Shown piece after piece: positions 9,326 to 16,821 of a stretch of DNA of 64,000 nucleotides. Numbering within the stretch: the stretch's first letter is position 1; every line of letters starts with the position of its first letter. The DNA is from an uncultured Bdellovibrio sp. (GTDB taxonomy: Bacteria; Bdellovibrionota; UBA1018). The stretch spans positions 1,192 to 65,191 of the forward strand of contig CAZBEI010000065.1 of assembly GCA_964490895.1 (NCBI GenBank), in the 5' to 3' direction. The notes beneath the pieces were generated by a model, which worked only from the letters and a program-made list of their open reading frames with translations, ran no database searches and was not told where the DNA came from. The position numbers and the translations under genes are program-made.

Positions 9326-10012
9326 CTAAGGCTCTTTTTTGAGAAGAGTCTCACCCACTCTTTTCCAATCACCAGGGGCTGTAAATTTTAAAGTATTCAT
9401 TATTTTTTGTATGTTAGAAAGTATGTCGTTTGCCCTGTAAATAGTGACCTCATAGTTATCTCCTTGGTCTTTTGATATTCCAGTCCACACAAAAAACCAC
9501 TTGTGCGGTACTCCTTTTAGTTGATAGACAAAACTAATAAGGTGGGGGGATTGTGGGTCGTTTGGATTTTCTTGCCAGTCTCGACTCCATATTTGGCTGG
9601 ATTCGAACTCATTTTTTCCCATGATTTTTTGATCAGTATGAATCACTAATCGTTGCACGTCATTTTGTTCATAGTAAATATCTGCATTCCCTGTGATTTT
9701 AAAGGTGTGCCCTAGGGTCGGAGTGAGTTCAATTTTTTCAGTTTTAAATCTTAAAGTGGGATCAGGAGACATCACTTCGTCTACTTTTAGGTCATAGGCA
9801 CCTTCGAAAGAAGAAGCGAGCTTCAGATCTCGATCTGTGAGTATCCCAATTAATCGCCCCTCTTCTTGGACTGGAAGGTGTCGAATTCGATACTCCCTCA
9901 TCATCTCAAGTGCTTTTTTTAAACCGATATCATTCCCAATAGAATGTGGCATTGGGGTCATGTATGTTTGAATTTGAGGTATTTGTTTCATCTTTCTTTC
10001 TCCTTGAGTCAA
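9326..10012 (-). CDS. CBS-pair domain protein with uncharacterised C-terminal domain
   Basis: The N-terminal ~130 aa show two CBS motifs (HLPVQEEGRLIGILTDRDL). First gene of the minus-strand operon. Confidence 0.55.
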   Translation of the reverse strand: MTQGERKMKQIPQIQTYMTPMPHSIGNDIGLKKALEMMREYRIRHLPVQEEGRLIGILTDRDLKLASSFEGAYDLKVDEVMSPDPTLRFKTEKIELTPTLGHTFKITGNADIYYEQNDVQRLVIHTDQKIMGKNEFESSQIWSRDWQENPNDPQSPHLISFVYQLKGVPHKWFFVWTGISKDQGDNYEVTIYRANDILSNIQKIMNTLKFTAPGDWKRVGETLLKKEP

Positions 10013-10184
10013 ATCTTTAAATGATTCTTAAAGAGCATTAGCAAATTCTAGGCCATTCGATACAAGCTACAAAAAATTGAAATAAAAAATAGGACGGGAC
10101 ATTTTGGCGCAGAAGTTGTTTTTTATGTCCCATCTCAACTTTTAAAAGAAATCCATTTGGCCTTGTTTACTCTAGCCATATAAG

Positions 10185-10200
10185 TGGCATTGATTGTGCA
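10185..10200 (+). promoter_or_regulatory. Sigma-54 (-24/-12) promoter-like motif TGGCAT-N5-GTGCA upstream of uspA
   Basis: GG and GC separated by the canonical 10 nt. Lies 37 bp upstream of the ATG at 10237. Confidence 0.45.
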
Positions 10201-10236
10201 TACTCTTCTTAAAAATACGGGAGGTGTTAAGACAAT

Positions 10237-11152
10237 GAAAATTCTTTGGTGCTTAGATGTATTTGAAGAAAAAAATGATATTTACAATCGCACAATCAAT
10301 GTTTTAGAGAATATTACAAAAGAACACGCAAGCTCAATTGAACCAGTCTACCTATTGAGCCCAGAGCAATTCGAGCTGCCTGTTGAGTTTACTCCGTCTT
10401 GGGTAGAGCACTATCATCCAAAAGCAAAAAAAGCAGCCGAGAATAAACTTAAGGAGCATCCCCTGCCTGGTCTTTTGCCTATAAAAATTATAGGCCACGA
10501 AAAGCCCTCAATTTCGGGGTCCATTACTTCGTTGCTCAATTATGCTAAAAAAGAAAATGCGAACCTCATTGTAGTTGGATCCCACGGCAGAAGGGGGCTC
10601 TCAAGACTTTTCGTGGGGAGCTTTGCAGAGGCACTGCTCCTTCGGTCTCCTCTTCCTATTATGATTGTGGGACCCCACTCCATAAATGTTGACGGATTTA
10701 AAGAAATCCTATTCCCCACAGATTTGGGTGAAAATTTTTATGGTGTTTTTAGAGAAGTTTTAAAATTAGCTGGGCAATTAAAAACAAAGCTTACTTTACT
10801 TCATGTCATTCCTAACCCCATTGAGCCAGTGGTACAAAGTGGCGCTTTTTTATTAGGTGGAGGCTGGGTACCGATTTCAGGTTATCTGGAGAAAGAGGAG
10901 AAAAAGCAGAGAGAAATTGCTGAGCGTTGGATCAGAAAAGCAAAAAGCCATGGGATAGACGCTCAGTTTGTTTTAGATTATTCAAAACATGGGGTATTAT
11001 CTGCTATCCACGAGCATGCAAAAAACCATTGTTTTATTGCAATGGCTGCTCAAAGTGGGCCTCTTTCGGCTGCATTTTTAGGAAGTATCACCAGGCAAGT
11101 TGCAAGGTCAGCTTCTTGTCCAGTATGGTTAGTAAGAGAAAATGTGTTATAA
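10237..11152 (+). CDS. Universal stress protein, tandem UspA domains
   Basis: RBS GGGAGGTG 9 nt upstream of the ATG at 10237; the track ORF starts earlier at 10184. Two Usp domains with ATP-binding-like G-x2-G-x9-G(S) (VVGSHGRRGLSRLFVGS). Confidence 0.7.
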
Positions 11153-11162
11153 AGGATAGAGA

Positions 11163-12599
11163 ATGATTACTCCCACAAAAGGAAAGGTCCTCATAGTAGA
11201 CGACGACATGGAGATGAGATCACTTCTTGAGGATTATCTCAAGAGTGAAAACTTTCAAGTAAAAAGCTTTGCAAATGGCGTGGAGGCCCTTGAAGACTTA
11301 GAACTCCAGAGCTCTGAGACTGATTTAATTATTTCAGATATTAAGATGCCCCAAATGGATGGGTTAGAACTTACTTCAAAGCTCACGCACATTTTACCCA
11401 AAATTCCGATTCTATTAATCACTGCTTTTGGAAGCATCGAAACAGCACTTGAGGCCATGAAAAGAGGCGCATTTCATTATATTGTAAAACCTTTCAAACT
11501 TGCCGAAATGGCCGTGCATATTGAGAAGGCTTTAGAACATAGAAGACTTCAAAGAGATAACGAGGCTCTTCGAAAAGAGATAAAACAGTCCTGGGGTTTA
11601 GGAAATATCCTTGGAAAAAGCCAGGCCATGAAATCGGTCTTTGATTTAGTAACTCGTGTTTCTCAAACAACCGCGAATGTGCTCATCATGGGTGAAAGCG
11701 GGACAGGCAAAGAAATGGTAGCTCGCGCCATACACAAAACGGGCCCCAGGGCTCAAAAGCCTTTTGTTGCTATCAATTGCACGGCTATTCCCGAAACTCT
11801 TTTAGAGTCAGAGCTCTTTGGACATGCAAAAGGGTCTTTTACGGGAGCGCATCAAAGAAAACAGGGACTCTTCGAAGAGGCTGAGGGTGGGACTCTCTTT
11901 TTAGATGAGATTGGGGATATGGATGGCACTCTTCAATCTAAACTACTCAGAGTGATTCAAGAAAAGAAAGTCAGAGCTGTTGGAGACAACACGCTTCGAG
12001 ACATCAATGTAAGAATTATTGCAGCTACTCATAAAGACTTAAAAGCAGCGATGAAAGATGGCCGCTTTCGTGAAGATCTTTACTACCGCTTGAGCGTTAT
12101 TCCTATTTTGATTCCGCCCTTAAGGGAACGAAAAGAAGATATCCCATTATTGGCAGAGCATTTTTTAAAAAAATACTCTGCTACAAATAACACAAATGTG
12201 CGTGGATTCACAAAAAGCGCGATGAATAAACTCCTCACCCTGCGTTGGGAAGGGAACGTGCGCGAACTTGAAAATATTATTGAAAGGGCTGTTGTTTTGA
12301 GTTCTGGCACTTTCATTGACGAAAGGGACTTGCCCTCTCCAGAAACTCAAAATCCAGAACAGTTTTTTTCTTCTTCTACAGGAGACTTCCCTACGATCGA
12401 TCAACTCGAAAAAAGATACATGGGTCTCGTGCTCGAAAAATCAGGAGGCAGAAAAGACAAAGCAGCACAGATTTTAGGGATTAATAGAAGGACTCTCTAC
12501 CGCAAAGAAAGAGAATATGGCTTTATTACAGAGCAAGGCGATGAAATCCAAGAACAAAGTGATAAAATCCAAGAGGAGGAGGAGACTAAAAAACTTTAA
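11163..12599 (+). CDS. Sigma-54-dependent Fis-family response regulator (NtrC-like: REC + AAA+ sigma-54 activator + HTH)
   Basis: REC domain with phospho-acceptor Asp (LIISDIKMP). Walker A GESGTGKE. GAFTGA-type loop GSFTGA. C-terminal Fis-like HTH. 10-bp gap after uspA, so cotranscribed. Confidence 0.85.
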   Translation: MITPTKGKVLIVDDDMEMRSLLEDYLKSENFQVKSFANGVEALEDLELQSSETDLIISDIKMPQMDGLELTSKLTHILPKIPILLITAFGSIETALEAMKRGAFHYIVKPFKLAEMAVHIEKALEHRRLQRDNEALRKEIKQSWGLGNILGKSQAMKSVFDLVTRVSQTTANVLIMGESGTGKEMVARAIHKTGPRAQKPFVAINCTAIPETLLESELFGHAKGSFTGAHQRKQGLFEEAEGGTLFLDEIGDMDGTLQSKLLRVIQEKKVRAVGDNTLRDINVRIIAATHKDLKAAMKDGRFREDLYYRLSVIPILIPPLRERKEDIPLLAEHFLKKYSATNNTNVRGFTKSAMNKLLTLRWEGNVRELENIIERAVVLSSGTFIDERDLPSPETQNPEQFFSSSTGDFPTIDQLEKRYMGLVLEKSGGRKDKAAQILGINRRTLYRKEREYGFITEQGDEIQEQSDKIQEEEETKKL

Positions 12600-13776
12600 A
12601 CCAAATTGTAAAAACACTTCCCACTCCCAATTCACTCAGGACAGAAATTTCGCCACCCATTTCCTTTAGCAATTGAACAACAATTGCTAAACCCAAGCCT
12701 GTACCTTCTCCCACGTCTTTTGTAGTAAAAAAAGGTTTAAAAAGCTTATTTGTATTTTTTGGGTCAATCCCGCAACCGGTGTCCTTGATTTCAATGGCCA
12801 CTTTTTGCCCATGAACACTTGCTTTAATGTACAGTTGGTGTCCTGTTTTTCTTCCATCTCGAATCGCCTTATGAATGGCTTGAATCGCGTTCATCACTAA
12901 ATTTAAAATCGTTTGTTCTAAACGCCCATAATCTGCTTTTACTTTTATTTCGTCTGAGATGTCTGTCTTAATTTCTACTCCATCTTCTTTAAGATTTTGC
13001 CCTACGAGAGACAAAACCTCGTGCACAACTTGTGTAATGCTCACTTCTTCAATACGAAAATCACTAGTCCTTCGCCCCATTCTTAAGAGTGAACGAATGA
13101 GCTTAGAAATTTTATCAATTTGAGAAATAATAATTTCCAAATCTTTTTTAGGTAATTCGTCTTTGGACTGTAATATTAAAAACTCAGCTCTTCCACGAAT
13201 CACTCCAAGCGGGGTGCCCACTTCGTGCGCAAGACCACTCGAGAGCAACCCAATGGAGGCAAGTCGGTCTTGATGAAAAATTTTTGCCTCAAGTTCTTTT
13301 TTCTGAGTCATGTTTAGAGCCACACCCATGTAGCCTAAAATTTCGCCCATTTCTGACTTAAATGGAGTAATGGTCAAAAATACGGGCACATACGTTCCAT
13401 CTTTGGCACGATTGACGAGCTCGCCTTTCCAATGTGCAATTTTAGGGTCCCGAATTTTTGACCACATTTCTCTGTAAAACTCTTTGGATTGGAACCCAGA
13501 ATGCAAAAGTCCGGGAGTTTGCCCAATGGCTTCTGCATTAGAATAACCATAAGTTTGGCTCCAAGCAGGGTTGACGTAGACCAGATGACCGTCTTTGTCA
13601 CTAATCATGATGGTTTCATTGCTGTCTTCGACACATCTAAAAAAGATATTTTTGGGATCGAAATTAATCTCTAAGGGCATGAGTCCTTTTAACATCATTT
13701 CGACGTTCTTGACAGCACTTGTCTTATAAGGACGAGAAAAAATGTCCTTTTTTTTTGATTTTTGGGACAAAAACAC
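12586..13776 (-). CDS. Soluble PAS-domain sensor histidine kinase
   Basis: PAS domain (MISDKDGHLVYVNPAWSQTYGYS), HisKA H-box LAHEVGTPLG, and HATPase_c G-boxes (DTGCGI, GTGLGL). Its 3' end overlaps the response-regulator stop by 14 bp, convergent. Confidence 0.8.
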   Translation of the reverse strand: MFLSQKSKKKDIFSRPYKTSAVKNVEMMLKGLMPLEINFDPKNIFFRCVEDSNETIMISDKDGHLVYVNPAWSQTYGYSNAEAIGQTPGLLHSGFQSKEFYREMWSKIRDPKIAHWKGELVNRAKDGTYVPVFLTITPFKSEMGEILGYMGVALNMTQKKELEAKIFHQDRLASIGLLSSGLAHEVGTPLGVIRGRAEFLILQSKDELPKKDLEIIISQIDKISKLIRSLLRMGRRTSDFRIEEVSITQVVHEVLSLVGQNLKEDGVEIKTDISDEIKVKADYGRLEQTILNLVMNAIQAIHKAIRDGRKTGHQLYIKASVHGQKVAIEIKDTGCGIDPKNTNKLFKPFFTTKDVGEGTGLGLAIVVQLLKEMGGEISVLSELGVGSVFTIWFKVF

Positions 13777-13814
13777 CTCCCCCTGGTTTTCATGAAGCCT
13801 GAAACCGGGTCACT

Positions 13815-13830
13815 TGGTTTCACTTATGCA
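13815..13830 (+). promoter_or_regulatory. Sigma-54 promoter-like motif TGGTTT-N5-ATGCA upstream of cytochrome c
   Basis: GG..GC spacing is correct. Shares TTATGCA at -12 with the nirK motif. Lies 40 bp upstream of the ATG at 13870. Confidence 0.4.
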
Positions 13831-13869
13831 ACTTTGGTGCTAAAGTAAAAGTCTAATAGGAGATCAAAA

Positions 13870-14226
13870 ATGCACAAAATAAAATGCTTGGTTGGATTGG
13901 GTTTTATATTTTTGTATCAGGGAGCTTCGGCAGGTCCTCCAAAGTCTTCGCCCGAACTTATTGCAAAAGGAAAAGCCTCTTATGTGACCAACTGTTTGAC
14001 CTGTCATGGCGAAAATGGCGATGGCAATGGTCCTGCTGGACAGTACATGAATCCAAAACCTAGATCCTATACAAAAGATAAGTTTAAAAAGGGAGAGAAA
14101 CCTGAACAGGTTTTTAAAACCATTACAGCAGGGATTGATGGAACAGCAATGACTGGGTTTGGTCATTTGCCAGAAGACGAAAGATGGGGCCTTGTGTATT
14201 ACGTGCTTTCGTTTAAGAAAAAATAG
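13870..14226 (+). CDS. Class I c-type cytochrome (secreted, mono-heme), likely electron donor to NirK
   Basis: Signal peptide, CLTCH haem motif, distal Met region. RBS GGAG 9 nt upstream. Confidence 0.7.
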   Translation: MHKIKCLVGLGFIFLYQGASAGPPKSSPELIAKGKASYVTNCLTCHGENGDGNGPAGQYMNPKPRSYTKDKFKKGEKPEQVFKTITAGIDGTAMTGFGHLPEDERWGLVYYVLSFKKK

Positions 14227-14230
14227 CTAC

Positions 14231-14590
14231 TTACTCCAATTGTTTTATTTCTAGTTCGGGCATCTCTATCAAAAAAGCACGTGAAATCTCGCCAAAAGAA
14301 GTACCTTTTTGATAGACAAAGCTGGCCGCAGATTGTTCTGGAGCAAACCTCAAAGTTTTTGAATCCACAGCAGAAATTTTAGAAAACGCTTTCTTGAGGA
14401 GAGGAATTTGTTCTTTTGAGTGAAAGCCTTTGATTTCAATGACTACATAATGATTTCTAGTTTTTTCTGCCATTCTTTTATTTTTGTAAGAATAAACAGA
14501 AGCGGCCTTATCCCCCACACAAAAACCACAGGCAATGGCCTGAACGTGTGCCACTAAAAACAAAAACCCAGCCAAATAGATTATTTTCAT
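14231..14590 (-). CDS. Hypothetical small lipoprotein (CGFC motif)
   Basis: 119 aa, signal peptide with AIACGFC. No recognisable domain. Confidence 0.35.
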   Translation of the reverse strand: MKIIYLAGFLFLVAHVQAIACGFCVGDKAASVYSYKNKRMAEKTRNHYVVIEIKGFHSKEQIPLLKKAFSKISAVDSKTLRFAPEQSAASFVYQKGTSFGEISRAFLIEMPELEIKQLE

Positions 14591-14725
14591 ACCTCTCTCT
14601 TATTCATAAAATGGGCCAAGCAAAAAACCTAATTATTTTACTCTCTCAAGCTTAAAACAGAACCACAGATGGGACTAAATGTCACTCGCATGAGGCATAT
14701 TTTCTTCCTGCCGTGGCTTCTATTT

Positions 14726-14746
14726 TTTAAATCTAACGGATTTAAA
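14726..14746 (+). promoter_or_regulatory. Perfect 8-N5-8 palindrome TTTAAATC-taacg-GATTTAAA upstream of nirK (candidate regulator or IHF-type site)
   Basis: Seen directly in the sequence, 12 bp upstream of the -24 element of the nirK promoter motif. Confidence 0.3.
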
Positions 14747-14757
14747 GGGTTTTTTTT

Positions 14758-14773
14758 TGGCAAGGTTTATGCA
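14758..14773 (+). promoter_or_regulatory. Sigma-54 promoter-like motif TGGCAA-N5-ATGCA upstream of nirK
   Basis: Canonical GG/GC spacing, 31 bp upstream of the ATG at 14804. Confidence 0.45.
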
Positions 14774-14803
14774 TTTAATAAGACTTAATAGGAGGGTTTT
14801 ATC

Positions 14804-15829
14804 ATGCGTTTGGCCATTTGTTTTTTTGTGTTTATGTCTGGAAATTTATATGCGGGGGATAATCCTGACCCCTCAAAAATGATTTTTGGCCCACCCCCAG
14901 CCATTGTTCATAATAAAATTTTAGAAGGTCCTGTGATGCAGGGAGCAACGCTCCTTCCATTTGCTCCTAAACTCTCTGGTGAGCGAACCCTCAACGTTCG
15001 CTTGGATGTCACTCACAAAGTTCAAGAACTTGCAGATGGAGTTAAAATGATGGTTTGGACGTTTGGAGATTCTGTGCCAGGTCCAACTATTCGAGTCAGG
15101 CAGGGGGATCGAATTAAATTCACAATGGCAAATCGCAGCACTGAAACTGCAGCCATTACTCCTCCCATGCCTCATTCGATGGATTTTCATGCCTCTATGG
15201 TGAGCCCACAAGACAAATTTAGACCCATCTCACCGGGGCAAACATTAGAATTTGAATTCGTCGCAAATTATCCAGGGGTATACATGTACCACTGTGGAAC
15301 ACCCATGATTTTACATCACTTAGCAATGGGAATGTACGGCGCTGTCATTGTAGAACCCAAAGAAGGGTATCCCACAAAAGTAGACCGCGAGTATGTTCTT
15401 GTTCAGTCAGAATTTTATCCCCAAAAAAATGTGAATAAAAATGGAAAGAAAACAAGTGTGGTCGAATTAGACATGAACGCAGTTATCCACAAACAGGCCT
15501 CTATTGTTGCTTTTAATGGAAAGGCCTTTCGCCACCGTGACGAACCGCTCAAGGCAAAAGTAGGAGAAAGAGTGAGGCTCTTTGTGCTCAATGCAGGACC
15601 CAGTGGGACTTCGAGTTTTCATGTTGTTGGAACCATTTGGGACCGTGTTTGGCTTGAGGGAAATCCAAGCAATGAACTTCGAGGAGGTCAATCTGTGCTT
15701 TTAGGCGCAAGCAACTCAGCTATCGTTGAATTTATTATTCCAGAAAAAGGAAAATACATTATGGTCGATCATGAATTTGCTGACGCTAATGCAGGAGCAC
15801 TGGGATTAATTGATGCAACAGGAGATTAG
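14804..15829 (+). CDS. nirK: Copper-containing nitrite reductase NirK
   Basis: 341 aa with signal peptide. Cu-ligand blocks PHSMDFHA and YMYHCGTPMILHHLAMGMYGAVIVEP match the type 1 / type 2 copper sites of NirK. RBS AGGAGGG. Confidence 0.85.
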   Translation: MRLAICFFVFMSGNLYAGDNPDPSKMIFGPPPAIVHNKILEGPVMQGATLLPFAPKLSGERTLNVRLDVTHKVQELADGVKMMVWTFGDSVPGPTIRVRQGDRIKFTMANRSTETAAITPPMPHSMDFHASMVSPQDKFRPISPGQTLEFEFVANYPGVYMYHCGTPMILHHLAMGMYGAVIVEPKEGYPTKVDREYVLVQSEFYPQKNVNKNGKKTSVVELDMNAVIHKQASIVAFNGKAFRHRDEPLKAKVGERVRLFVLNAGPSGTSSFHVVGTIWDRVWLEGNPSNELRGGQSVLLGASNSAIVEFIIPEKGKYIMVDHEFADANAGALGLIDATGD

Positions 15830-15842
15830 CACAGAGTCAAAC

Positions 15843-16022
15843 GCAGCATGAGGGTTCTTCGGCTGCACTCTGTTCAACAGCACGGTGAATATAGTATTTA
15901 AAACACGGCTCACATCGTGCCGAGATTGCCCAGACCATCGCTGTGAGGATCTTAAATTTTTGAGGCGCTTCCCCATCAGAAAAAATAGCCCTCTTCCTCA
16001 TTTGGTCAATAGGCGTTGGTAG
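15843..16022 (-). pseudogene. Fragment of a second carboxymuconolactone-decarboxylase (CMD/AhpD-like) gene, in frame immediately after the stop of the upstream CMD gene
   Basis: Translates to LPTPIDQMRKRAIFSDGEAPQKFKILTAMVWAISARCEPCFKYYIHRAV-EQSAAEEPSCCV. This is about 90% identical to 45253-45627 but lacks the first ~24 codons and has a 39-codon internal in-frame deletion. Confidence 0.55.
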
Positions 16023-16619
16023 CTACTCTGGCTCTAAACGGGTCGGACAAAACCCCTGAGGTGGAATTTTTAGGGCCGCATTAAACTTACTCGAAAGGTT
16101 CTGATAAGCGATGAGAGCTGTCAACTCAATGATTTGGTTTTCATCAAAATGTATTTTTAAACGCTCAAAGAGTGTGTCCTCAATTTTTTTGTCAGATCGG
16201 GTCATTGCCTCCGTGTAAGCTAACGCTGCTCTTTCCTGTTCAGTATACGCAGGATCGCTTTCATAATTTGCTAAAGCCAGTATTTTTTCCATGGGCACCC
16301 CACGCTTCTGTAAAAGAGCACTATTAATATCAATACAAAAGGAGCAGTGATTAATCTGCGAAACACGCACAGTCACAAGCGATCTCAGTGCGGGATTTAG
16401 CGGAGAATTTTTTCTGTCGATTGCACTATAGAGAAATTGAAGCCCCATCAAAAGACGAGGCGAACGTCCCCAAAGTCGTGTAGGCTCAAGACTCGATCCA
16501 TACTTTTTTTTCTGTGCTCGAAAAATTAAACGCACCCAAAATGGGTACTCCCTTTCTGGTTTAGCTGCAATTCTCATAGGCTCCCCTTTCATTTCTGCAA
16601 GAATATCACTTTCTCTCAC
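16023..16619 (-). CDS. Carboxymuconolactone decarboxylase (CMD/AhpD-like) family protein
   Basis: 198 aa. HCSFCID CxxC-type motif and helical CMD-family pattern. Confidence 0.6.
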   Translation of the reverse strand: MRESDILAEMKGEPMRIAAKPEREYPFWVRLIFRAQKKKYGSSLEPTRLWGRSPRLLMGLQFLYSAIDRKNSPLNPALRSLVTVRVSQINHCSFCIDINSALLQKRGVPMEKILALANYESDPAYTEQERAALAYTEAMTRSDKKIEDTLFERLKIHFDENQIIELTALIAYQNLSSKFNAALKIPPQGFCPTRLEPE

Positions 16620-16738
16620 ACTTATATGTGCAAATATTTTTCAAGTCTCTTAATTATGGCGGGACATTTTGCCGCAAAATTTGTTTTTTTGTCTCATCAT
16701 GATTTTAAAAAACTCTTTTACTGCTTAAATAATTACAT

Positions 16739-16754
16739 GGCACTGATTATGCAT
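16739..16754 (+). promoter_or_regulatory. Sigma-54 promoter-like motif TGGCAC-N5-ATGCA upstream of the PLP-decarboxylase gene
   Basis: Near-consensus -24/-12. Lies inside a ~170-bp block duplicated from the uspA upstream region. Confidence 0.5.
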
Positions 16755-16821
16755 GTTAATCTTAAAAATAGGGGGCGAACATAACAAATTCTTTGGTACT
16801 TCATTCATTTGAAGCAAAAAA

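Noticed and set aside
13864-14166. 100-aa minus-strand ORF
   Set aside because: Fully antisense to the well-supported cytochrome c gene (CLTCH motif, signal peptide).
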